Source: an uncultured delta proteobacterium (GTDB lineage Bacteria; Myxococcota_A; Polyangia; Palsa-1104). From it: DNA of 64,000 nt. The notes beneath the pieces are model-generated. The model worked only from the letters and a program-made list of their open reading frames with translations. It was not told where the DNA came from and made no database searches. The stretch is taken from positions 576,001 through 640,000 of the forward strand of contig CAWAWS010000039.1 in NCBI GenBank assembly GCA_963785725.1, read 5' to 3'. Every line of letters begins with the position of its first letter. The first letter of the stretch is position 1. Shown one piece after another: positions 56,301 to 64,000 of the stretch. A program made the position numbers and the translations under genes.

Positions 56301-57130
56301 CGCGTCGGTGGCACGTCCCACGGCCCGCGCGGCCAGGCGCCGGGCGGCAGATCGATCATCACCGGCGTCGTCGTCGCGGCGAGCAGCGACGCCAACGGCC
56401 AGGGCGCGGCGTCGTCGAGCGGGATGCGCTCGGGCGCGGCGGGATGGGCGCCGTCGAAGCCGCTGCACGACAGGCGCTGCGCCGCGCGGCCGTCCTCGTC
56501 GAACAAGTAGGCGAGGGCGAAGGGCAGGTCGCGGTTGCCACCGCCGAGGCAGCGGGCGACGGCGGCGAACACCTGCGCGTCGGTCTTGGTGCCCGCCAGC
56601 TCGGCGGCGACGTCGCGCACGAGACCGACGCGCCGCTCGCCGATGACGCGATCGGTCTCCTCGGTGACGACGCACAACATGCCGCCGATGTTGCCGTCGT
56701 CGTCGGGCAGCGGGCTATACGAGAACGTGTGATAGGTCTCCTCGGGATAGCCGTTGCGCTCGAGGAAGAGCAGGAGCCCTTCGTCCCACGTCGCCTCGCC
56801 GCGCAAGGCCGCGTCGATGCGCGGGCTCAGCTGCGGGCCGATCTCCTTCCACGCTTCGAAGAAGGGCATGCCGATCGTCGCCGGATGCTTGCCGCCCAGC
56901 GTCGGACGATAGGCGTCGTTGTAGAACATGTGCAGCTCGGGACCCCAGCCCATCCAGATGCTGAAGCGCGTCGTCAGGAGGGTGCGGACGATGGTGCGCA
57001 GGCTGCGCGGCCACTGTCGCGACGGACCGAGCGCGGTCGCCGACCAGTCTTTGGCGCGCATGAGGCGGGCCATCTCACCGTCGCCGGCGAAGAGCGGATC
57101 GCCCGAATCGTCTGCTCGCTCGTCGTTCAA
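53390..57130 (-). CDS. hybrid sensor kinase (PAS/GAF-HK-REC-PAS-HK-REC)
   Basis: SHEFRTPL and SHELRNPL H-boxes, two ATPase domains, two receivers; start codon uncertain. Confidence 0.92.
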   Translation of the reverse strand: MNDERADDSGDPLFAGDGEMARLMRAKDWSATALGPSRQWPRSLRTIVRTLLTTRFSIWMGWGPELHMFYNDAYRPTLGGKHPATIGMPFFEAWKEIGPQLSPRIDAALRGEATWDEGLLLFLERNGYPEETYHTFSYSPLPDDDGNIGGMLCVVTEETDRVIGERRVGLVRDVAAELAGTKTDAQVFAAVARCLGGGNRDLPFALAYLFDEDGRAAQRLSCSGFDGAHPAAPERIPLDDAAPWPLASLLAATTTPVMIDLPPGAWPRGPWDVPPTRALLLPIAQQGQSRPAGAFIAALNPHRVFDDAYRDFMQLFVGQIAAGLANARAYEDERRRAEALAEIDRAKTAFFSNVSHEFRTPLTLMLGPLAELLAEVAPGSSQHEQLALVHRNGLRLLKLVNTLLDFSRIEAGRVEATYEPTNLPQLTADLASVFRSATDKAGLQLVVDCPPLDEPVFVDRDMWEKIVLNLLSNAFKFTLEGEIAVTLRADGDDVRLVVRDTGSGIPAGELPHLFERFHRVEGTPGRTHEGTGIGLALVQELVKLHGGSITVTSQVDAGSTFTVTIPRGRAHLPAGRIRAPMTPTTSRHGNAYVEEALRWLPDEAQEGAVEAPLFSDPEARPRVLLADDNADMRQYIQRLLGARWDVDAVANGRQALEAIAYRRPDLVITDVMMPELDGFGLLRALAGDETTRTIPVLMLSARAGEESRMEALLAGANDYLVKPFAARELMARVDSLLMRSRIRAIEEAQARRLDEVFAQAPVAIAILSGPDHLFELANPPYIELLGNRALVGKTLLQAIPELHGQEIPAILDRVRETGEMFRARTLRTMLETNGVLQERFFDIVYQPMMQGSEVRSIAVVAFEVTELARARQLAELANRAKDEFLAMLSHELRNPLAPILTALQLMRLRGDVGGERERAVIERQVKHLVSMVDDLLDVSRVTRGKIELRRAPIELATVVAQAIETASPLYEQQRHQLLVDVAAHGLVVDADAARLAQVIANLLTNAAKYTPNGGRIVVSARRLGESVELVVRDSGIGIEPQMLAEIFEPFAQERQALDRSQGGLGLGLAIVRSLVSLHGGTVAAASAGRDQGSQLTVTLPLSRATATTPVEATSALKRGAGAKKILIVDDNEDAADLLAEMLAADQHQVRTAFDGPTALSVGAEFEPDIAILDIGLPVMDGFELATQFGVHPQLRRTRLIALTGYGQPEDRERSRAAGFAAHLVKPVESATLQAALQDATARESDP

Positions 57131-57245
57131 CGGCGAGATTGTAAACACATTTCGAGCCGCTGCGACGCTGGGCCGGCGCAAATATAATAGAGACGCGAGA
57201 TCAGCTGCGGAGCCGCCGCGAGTCGAGCTGCGCTATCTTGTCGGC

Positions 57246-57986
57246 ATGCTCGAGCTTCGCGGTGACGTGGCGTTCCTACGCTTCGACGATGGCAAGGCCA
57301 ACGCCATCGACGAGGCGTTCCTCGACCGGTTGGCCGCGGCCATCGCCGAAGCGGGCGCGGCGCGGGCGCTGGTGTTGACCGGCCGCGCGCGCATCTTCTC
57401 GGCCGGCTTCGCGCTGCCGGCGCTGGTCGGGCGCGATCGGGCGGCCATGCGCGTCTTCATGAACCGCTTTACCGACGTGATGTTGGCCCTCTATGCGGCG
57501 CCGCTGCCGGTCGTCGCCGCCGTGGCCGGGCACGCGCTCGCCGGCGGCTGCGTGCTGGCGCTGTCGGCCGATCGCCGCGTCATGTCCAACCGCGACGCCA
57601 CCATCGGCCTCAACGAAGTGCGCATCGGCATCGGCTTGCCCATCGGCGTCTTGGAGCCGCTGCGCGCGCTGTTGCCGGGGCAGGCGCTGGCGGGGGTCGC
57701 GCTCGAAGGGCGCAGCTTCAGCGGGCCGGACGCGCTCGCCATCGGGCTCGTCGACGAAGCGGTCGAGCCGGCGGACGTCGAGGCCGCGGCCTTGGCGCGC
57801 GCGACGGAGCTGGCGCAGCTCGGCCGCGTCGCCTACGCGCAGGTGAAGCAGGCGCTGCGACAGCCGGTGTTGACGGCGGTGGCGCACGCGCGCGACGCCG
57901 ACATGGAGCGCTGGCTCGACAGCTGGTTCAGCGACGACGGCCAGCGCCAAGTCGGCGCGCTCGTGGCCAAGCTCGCCAAGCGCTGA
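57246..57986 (+). CDS. enoyl-CoA hydratase/isomerase family protein
   Basis: KANAID, FSAGF, GHALAGG and GLNEVRIG motifs. Confidence 0.88.
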   Translation: MLELRGDVAFLRFDDGKANAIDEAFLDRLAAAIAEAGAARALVLTGRARIFSAGFALPALVGRDRAAMRVFMNRFTDVMLALYAAPLPVVAAVAGHALAGGCVLALSADRRVMSNRDATIGLNEVRIGIGLPIGVLEPLRALLPGQALAGVALEGRSFSGPDALAIGLVDEAVEPADVEAAALARATELAQLGRVAYAQVKQALRQPVLTAVAHARDADMERWLDSWFSDDGQRQVGALVAKLAKR

Positions 57987-58025
57987 GCTTGACGGCCCGC
58001 CGGCGGGAGGGGCTACAATTCGAAG

Positions 58026-59072
58026 ATGCCTATCCCAACCGAGTCTATCGGCAGCATCCCGCGACCGGCTACGCTCATCGAAGGCATGACGACGGGGGCC
58101 GCCGACTTGGAGGCGCGCTTCGATGCCGCCGTCGCCGACACGATCGCGCGCTTGGAGGCGCTGGGCGCGCCCGTCATCAGCGACGGCGAGCAGCGCAAGC
58201 CCAGCTTCGCCACCTATCCGCTGCAAGGCGCCACCAACCTGCGCGGCGATGGCGTCGTCATCCCGTTCGCCGACGGTCACACGCGGCAGCTGCCGGTGCT
58301 GACGGCGGGGCCGTTTCGCTATCGCACCTACGCGGCCGAGTATTTACAGCAGGCGCTCAAGCACGCGCATCGGCCGATCAAACAGGCGGTGATCGCGGCC
58401 TCGGCCATGAGCTTGCTCTATCCGCAGGAGCCGCTGAACGGCTACTCACGCGAGGCGTTCCTCGACGATCTCGTGGCCGAGGCCGAGCTCGATATTCGCC
58501 GCTGCCTGAACGCCGGCGCCGACAGCGTGCAGCTCGACTTCACCGAAGGTCGCTTGGCGGTGAAGCTCGACCCGTCGAAGGGGCTGCTCAATGCCTTCGT
58601 CGATCTCAACAATCGCGTGCTCGCGCGCTTTTCGGCCGATGAGCGGCGCAAGATCGGCGTGCACACCTGCCCGGGCGGCGATCGCGACTCCACGCACAGC
58701 GCCGACGTCGATTATGCCGAGCTCTTGCCGAGCCTGTTTCGGCTGAACGTCGGACGCTTCTACGTGCAGCTGGCGAGCGAAGCCAATCCCACGCGCGTGC
58801 TCGACATCTTGAAGACCTACGCGCAGCCGGGGCGGATCATCTTCGTCGGCGTCATCGATCCCATCAACCCCGCGATCGAGACGGCGGAGCTGGTGCGCGA
58901 TCGGATTCTGGCGGCGGCCAAGGCGATCGATCCCAGCCTGCTCGGCAGCACCGACGACTGCGGCTTCGCGCCCTTCGGCGACGACGTGTCGACTTCGCGC
59001 GAGACGGCGTTCGCCAAGATTCGCGCGCGCATCGAAGGCAACGCGCTGGCGTCGCAGGCGCTCGGCGTCTAA
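58026..59072 (+). CDS. cobalamin-independent methionine synthase II (MetE C-terminal domain) family protein
   Basis: IGSIPRP, SDGEQRK, HTC and DDCGF Zn-ligand motifs. Confidence 0.88.
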   Translation: MPIPTESIGSIPRPATLIEGMTTGAADLEARFDAAVADTIARLEALGAPVISDGEQRKPSFATYPLQGATNLRGDGVVIPFADGHTRQLPVLTAGPFRYRTYAAEYLQQALKHAHRPIKQAVIAASAMSLLYPQEPLNGYSREAFLDDLVAEAELDIRRCLNAGADSVQLDFTEGRLAVKLDPSKGLLNAFVDLNNRVLARFSADERRKIGVHTCPGGDRDSTHSADVDYAELLPSLFRLNVGRFYVQLASEANPTRVLDILKTYAQPGRIIFVGVIDPINPAIETAELVRDRILAAAKAIDPSLLGSTDDCGFAPFGDDVSTSRETAFAKIRARIEGNALASQALGV

Positions 59073-59089
59073 GCGATCCGCGACGGCGG

Positions 59090-59593
59090 CTACGTCGGTT
59101 CCGGCTCGAAGGGCGTGAACTGGCCGTAGCCGCCGCGGAAGAAGAGCAGCGGCGCGACCGGCCGCGTGACCGCCATCGAATGCACGTGGCCGAGCACGAT
59201 GAGGTGGTCGCCCGCTTCGTGCGTCGCGTGCAAGTCGCAGTCGATCCAGGCGACGACGTCGTCGATGATCGGCATGCCGGCGGCCGACAGCGAGTGGGCG
59301 AGGCCGGCGAACTTATCTGGCACTTTGGACGCGAACGTGCGGCAGACGGCCTCTTGGTCGTGAGCCAGCACGTTGACGCAGAAGCGGCGCACGGCGGCGA
59401 TCTTGGACCACGTCGTCGACGCGCGATCGGGCAGAAACGACACCAGCGGCGGCGACAGCGACGCCGAGCTGAACGAGCCGACGGTCATGCCCAGCGGCGC
59501 GCCATCGAGGCCGACGGCGCTGACGACGCAGACGCCGGTCGGATAGTGGCCGAGCACGGTGCGAAACCACTTGGGATCGGACGGCGTGCTCAT
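59090..59593 (-). CDS. flavin reductase (HpaC/DIM6-NTAB family)
   Basis: FR.VLG.YPTGV, SLSPPLV, AGDH and PLLFFRG motifs. Confidence 0.92.
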   Translation of the reverse strand: MSTPSDPKWFRTVLGHYPTGVCVVSAVGLDGAPLGMTVGSFSSASLSPPLVSFLPDRASTTWSKIAAVRRFCVNVLAHDQEAVCRTFASKVPDKFAGLAHSLSAAGMPIIDDVVAWIDCDLHATHEAGDHLIVLGHVHSMAVTRPVAPLLFFRGGYGQFTPFEPEPT

Positions 59594-59842
59594 CGGCTCG
59601 ACCCTCGCGCCACAGCGACGCCATTCGCAGCGGTTGCCAGTCGGCCGCCGCTGCGTCGCGACCGGTTCCGGCTCTTCGTTTTCGGCGATTCGGCCAAGAC
59701 GTCTTCGACGCTAACCGAAGTCGTCGAGCCTCGCCAGCCGTCACGCGTGCGCATCGCTCGGCGCTTGACCGTTTCCGAAAGTGGGTCCAAGCTCGTTAAA
59801 CGCGCATTTAACTGACGGTAAACCGCAGCGTGGAGGTGGCCC

Positions 59843-60826
59843 ATGTCCTTTCGCTCCAACCTCGATCCCGAGCTCGCGCCGGCGCTCGCCTTCTTCGAGC
59901 AGCTGGGTCTGCCGGAGCTGACGCTCGCGAGCATTCCCGCGCGGCGCCAGCAGTTCCGCGACATGATCGCCCTCATGCACGCGACGATTCCGCCCAATCC
60001 CAACGTCGCGCAGGAAGATCGGCGCGTGCCCGGGCCGGCCGGCGCGCCCGACGTGCTCGTGCGCATCTATCGTCCTATGGCGACGGCGGCCGCGTCCGCA
60101 CCGCGGCCGGCCATCTATTGGATCCACGGCGGCGGCATGATCGTCGGCGACATCGGCATGGACGACACCACCTGCGCCGCCTTGGTCGAGAAGCTCGGCT
60201 GCGTCGTCGTCTCGGTCGAATATCGGCTGGCGCCCGAGCATCCGCATCCCGCGCCGGTCGAAGACTGTTACGCCGGCCTCGCCTGGACCGCCGAGCACGC
60301 CCAAGCGCTGGGCATCGATCGGGCGCGGCTGGCCATCGCCGGCGCCTCGGCCGGCGGCGGCTTGGCGGCGGCGACGGCGCTGCTGGCGCGCGATCGCGGC
60401 GGCCCGCGGCTCGCCTATCAATGTCTCATCTACCCGATGCTCGACGACCGCAACATCACGGCCTCGAGCCGCGAATTCAGCGCCATTCCGTCGTGGAGCC
60501 GCGAGTCGAACCTGGTCGGCTGGACGGCGCTGCTCGGCGAGCACATGGGCAAGCCCGGCGTGTCGCCGTTCGCCGCTCCGTCGCGCGCCACCGATCTGTC
60601 GGGCCTGCCGCCGGCGCTCGTTCAAGTCGGCGAATTGGAGGTCTTTCGCGACGAGGACATCGAGTACGCGACGCGCCTCATGCAAGCCGGCGTCGCGACC
60701 GAGCTGCACGTCTATCCCGGCGCATTTCACGGCTGGGACATGTCGGCGCCGACGTCCGGCTCCGCCAAGCGCATGATCGCCGACCGCATGAGCGCGCTGG
60801 CGCGCGCGCTCGGCGTCGCCGGATGA
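59843..60826 (+). CDS. HSL-family esterase/lipase
   Basis: HGGG, YRLAPEH, GASAG and HGW motifs; GGAGG RBS. Confidence 0.92.
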   Translation: MSFRSNLDPELAPALAFFEQLGLPELTLASIPARRQQFRDMIALMHATIPPNPNVAQEDRRVPGPAGAPDVLVRIYRPMATAAASAPRPAIYWIHGGGMIVGDIGMDDTTCAALVEKLGCVVVSVEYRLAPEHPHPAPVEDCYAGLAWTAEHAQALGIDRARLAIAGASAGGGLAAATALLARDRGGPRLAYQCLIYPMLDDRNITASSREFSAIPSWSRESNLVGWTALLGEHMGKPGVSPFAAPSRATDLSGLPPALVQVGELEVFRDEDIEYATRLMQAGVATELHVYPGAFHGWDMSAPTSGSAKRMIADRMSALARALGVAG

Positions 60827-60851
60827 ATCACGGGCCGAGGAGCCGTCGTTA

Positions 60852-61502
60852 GTGGGAATTCTCTTCCACTTCGCGGGCGCCGCGACGCCGACCGGCACGC
60901 CCGAAGAACAGCGTCTGCTCGCGAGCGCGCTGGCGACGTTCGCGGCGCGCGGCTACGACCGCGCCAGCTTGAAGCAGATTGCCGCCGCCGCGCAGGTGAC
61001 GGCGGCGATGGTGAACTATTACTTCGACAGCAAGGAGAAGCTGTTTCGCCGCGTCGTCGAGGACTGCTTCGTCACGCTGCACGCGCTCGTCGAGCAGCGC
61101 ACGGGCGCGCACTTGCCGTTCATGGCGCGCATCACCGGCTTCGTCGTCGGGCACGCCGAGCTGGCGCTGTCGTTTCCCGAAGCCGCCGAGCTGCTCGTGC
61201 GCACCGCCTTTCGTCCCAGCGACGCCGGCGACAGCCTCGTGCCCGAGCTCATGCGCCGCTATGCGCCGCTGCGCGACAAAGCGCACGAGATCCTCGCCGC
61301 AGCCTGCCGGCCGAAGCAGCTGCTCTTGCGTGCGCCGATCGATCTCGCGCGCGCCGCCGATCATCTGCTCGGCCAAGTGGAGTTGATGCTGATTCGGCAG
61401 GTGCAGCGCCGTCGTTTCCCCAAAGCCGACGTGCCGCAGCTGTCGACCGAAGCGATCGTCGACCTCTTCTTGCACGGCATCAGCCATACGCATGGCGATT
61501 AG
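60852..61502 (+). CDS. TetR-family transcriptional regulator
   Basis: F..RGY..ASLKQIA...VNYYFDSKEKL HTH. Confidence 0.85.
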   Translation: MGILFHFAGAATPTGTPEEQRLLASALATFAARGYDRASLKQIAAAAQVTAAMVNYYFDSKEKLFRRVVEDCFVTLHALVEQRTGAHLPFMARITGFVVGHAELALSFPEAAELLVRTAFRPSDAGDSLVPELMRRYAPLRDKAHEILAAACRPKQLLLRAPIDLARAADHLLGQVELMLIRQVQRRRFPKADVPQLSTEAIVDLFLHGISHTHGD

Positions 61503-63046
61503 CGCCAGGTGAACGTGCCGACGGCGCCGGCGGGCAAGGTCGCGACGAAGCAGCGGTCGCCGTCATTGACGTTGAAGTCCTGCGAATTACCGCCCGAGTT
61601 GATGGCGACGAGCACTTTGCCGCCGTCGGGATTGACGAACGCCACGTCTTCGATCGAGCCGGCGCCGAACGTATTCGAGTCGATGCGGGCCGCGCCGCGC
61701 AACACGAACGAGCTCACGTGCGCCATCGCGTAATAATCGACGTTGAAGTCGTAAGTGCCGTCGTCGTGAATCGTCGCCAAGCCTTGGCAGTCGTTGCAGC
61801 CGCCGGGGCCGATCGGTCCATATTGATCGTCGAGCACCAAATTCCATTTGACGATCATCTTGGCCCAATGACGAATCGAACCGATATAGAGCGATTGGAA
61901 TTGGCTGATCAAGCTGGTCGCGAAATCGCCCGTCCACGTGCCGCCCGAGCATTCGGTCAAATAGATCGGCTTATCGGGATAAGCGTCATGCACTAGATCC
62001 ATTTGCGACGGATCGCCGCCATAACAATGGAACGCCACGCCATAGGTGTCGTCGCGTAAGTCGGCGTTGTCGTCGAGCATCGCCTTCGGATAAGCGGCGG
62101 CTTGATCCCAATTGTGATCGTAAATGAGGATATGCGCGCCGATATTGGCCGCTTTGAGCGCCGGCGCCAAGTGATAGCGAACCAAATTCGATTCCTGATA
62201 CCACTGCAGATTCATCGTCGGATAGCCGCCGTGATCGATGAGCGGCTCGTTGGCCGGCGTCACCGCCCAGATGGGAATTCCGGCGGCTTGATACTGCTGA
62301 ATGAACTTCACCAAGTAATTGGCAAATGGATCGTACATATCGGGATCGATCAATGTGCCTTGGCCGGTGAACGATCCCGAATCCTTCATCCACGCCGGCG
62401 CGCTCCACGGCGTGGCGATGATGTCGATGGCCTGATTGACCGCCAGCGCCGCTTTGATGGCGGGAATGATGTAGTCGTCATCGCGCGCGATCGAAAACGA
62501 GGCCAACGTCGGATCGGTCTGGCCGGCCGGTAAGTCGTCGTAAGAGTAAAACTGCGGCGCCAGATCGCTCGAGCCCACCGGCTGCCGCAGCACGCTCACG
62601 CCGATGCCGTGTCGCGCGTCGAACAGCTGCGTCAACAGCGTCGAACGCTGGCTCTGCGACATCGTGTTCATGAGCAGCGTCGCCGAGGAGTCGGTGATCG
62701 ACGCGCCGAAGCCTTCGATCGTTTGGTACTGCGTGGTACCATCGAGCGTCACCGTCAGTGGCGCCGAGCAGGGCGAGCTGGCGATGGGCGCCGCCGTCTG
62801 CTCGGCGAACAGCGTCGCCTGATCGCCCGTCGTCAGCCAGAAGCGCGCCGCGGTCGACGGCGGCAACGGTGGCGCGGCGGCGTCGTTCGCGCCGGCGTCG
62901 GTCGCCGTGCCGCTACCGCCGCCGACTCCACCGCCGCCGCCTGCGCCGGCGTCGTGCACGCCGTTCTGCAGGATCGGGCCCGACGACGCGTGGCAGCCGC
63001 AGACGGTCGCCGTCAACGCCAGCATGATCGACCGCGCGTTGCGCAT
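61499..63046 (-). CDS. GH30 glycoside hydrolase (glucosylceramidase/beta-1,6-glucanase-like) lipoprotein
   Basis: GFGASITD, PWSAPAWMK, NEP, DHNWD, FHCY and TECSGG motifs. Confidence 0.92.
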   Translation of the reverse strand: MRNARSIMLALTATVCGCHASSGPILQNGVHDAGAGGGGGVGGGSGTATDAGANDAAAPPLPPSTAARFWLTTGDQATLFAEQTAAPIASSPCSAPLTVTLDGTTQYQTIEGFGASITDSSATLLMNTMSQSQRSTLLTQLFDARHGIGVSVLRQPVGSSDLAPQFYSYDDLPAGQTDPTLASFSIARDDDYIIPAIKAALAVNQAIDIIATPWSAPAWMKDSGSFTGQGTLIDPDMYDPFANYLVKFIQQYQAAGIPIWAVTPANEPLIDHGGYPTMNLQWYQESNLVRYHLAPALKAANIGAHILIYDHNWDQAAAYPKAMLDDNADLRDDTYGVAFHCYGGDPSQMDLVHDAYPDKPIYLTECSGGTWTGDFATSLISQFQSLYIGSIRHWAKMIVKWNLVLDDQYGPIGPGGCNDCQGLATIHDDGTYDFNVDYYAMAHVSSFVLRGAARIDSNTFGAGSIEDVAFVNPDGGKVLVAINSGGNSQDFNVNDGDRCFVATLPAGAVGTFTWR

Positions 63047-63249
63047 GCGGACGAACGGTTGCAGTCGACATGCCGCCGCCGTCGCCCATCAAGTGCGTGA
63101 AATGCCGTCGGTGCGCTGCGGAAATGGCGCGCCCGCTGTCCATCCACCGTTTACGGCTACATCAGCGGTGGTAGAGCACCCACAAGGCCGACGAAATCGA
63201 GCGGTCGCGCCGCGCAGCCGCCCAGCGCCAACGCGACGAGGAGAGCGAT

Positions 63250-63591
63250 TCAGGTCGCGAGCGGATCGCGCGCCAACAGCTCGGCGACGGTCAGCGACAA
63301 GCACTCGTTCGGATGGAGCTCGACGAGCCGCCAGTCGGCGATGGCCACGTCGTCGAGCAACAGGCGCGGCTTCGGCAGGAACGCCGTGAAGCAGTCGTGC
63401 AAACCGAGCTCGCGCGCCGCGCGCTCGGCATAGTCCGCGCCGCCGCTGCTCCAGCAGTACAGAATGGCGCCGGCCTGCTTCAACGCGGCGACCCGCTCGA
63501 CCATCGGCGACATGGGAATGCGCTTGCCGCCGAAGCTGCGAACGAGGGTGTCGTCGACGTCGACGTAGATGACGGCGGGCGGCGGGGACAT
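63250..63591 (-). CDS. small HAD-like hydrolase
   Basis: YVDVDDTLV, WSSGGADYA and KP..LLDD motifs. Confidence 0.75.
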   Translation of the reverse strand: MSPPPAVIYVDVDDTLVRSFGGKRIPMSPMVERVAALKQAGAILYCWSSGGADYAERAARELGLHDCFTAFLPKPRLLLDDVAIADWRLVELHPNECLSLTVAELLARDPLAT

Positions 63592-63755
63592 GAGCGCTCC
63601 TGGCTGATCGAAGGTCTCGGCTCGGCGAGACGCGTCACGACGCTCGACGGAGTCTGCAGTGCCATGCGACGACGCGTCTGTCCGTCGCGCTATCGCGTGG
63701 ATCCGCGAATCGCGTTACTGCGACGGGCGATTCGCGCTCGGCGTGGCGGCGGGGA

Positions 63756-64000
63756 TTAGGCGGCGCGTCGGAGCAGCGCCGGCGCCAACGTCAGCTGCGC
63801 GCCGCGCGAGATGAGCAGGCCGCGCCGAGTCAGCGACGTCAGCATGCGCGTGATCGTCTCGCGACAGGTGCCGACGAGGCTGGCCAGCTCCTGGTGCGTC
63901 GGCCGGCTCTGCAGGACGAGGCCGGCCGCCGTCATCCCGCCTTGCGCGCGCGCCAGCCGTTCGAGCGTGCGCACCAGCCGCGACTCGACGTTCTCCAGCG
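63756..64000 (-). CDS. Crp/Fnr-family regulator (C-terminal part; 5' end outside the window)
   Basis: PTHQELASLVGTCRETITR Crp HTH. Confidence 0.85.
   Translation of the reverse strand, partial: LENVESRLVRTLERLARAQGGMTAAGLVLQSRPTHQELASLVGTCRETITRMLTSLTRRGLLISRGAQLTLAPALLRRAA

Overview
High-GC bacterial DNA that looks myxobacterial (Cys-rich DUF4215 repeat protein, MYXO-CTERM-like tail, TonB-fused receptor, many orphan lipoproteins). Most of the window is ordinary metabolic and envelope genes: SDRs, acyl-CoA ligase, multiheme cytochrome, aldo/keto reductases, TolC-MFP-ABC exporter with a sigma54 two-component system, hybrid kinase, MetE-like enzyme and GH30. The standout is a ~4.4 kb minus-strand RNA island (47463-51820). 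In transcription order it contains: sigma70-like promoter; 49-codon leader peptide with alternative terminator/antiterminator hairpins; seven divergent tRNAs (Gly, Lys, Asn, Pro, His, Asp, Phe); a small CxxC..CxxC protein; a degenerate tRNA-Arg(GCG); Ro60/TROVE (Rsr); a long-variable-arm tRNA-like RNA; three tandem small Y RNA-like genes (one interrupted by a MITE); a circularly permuted, CCA-ended YrlA-type tRNA/Y-RNA hybrid; and an HNH nuclease. I infer a translation-stress-induced tRNA back-up and RNA quality-control operon. RNA folds were derived by eye and product calls come from motif recognition, not database searches.
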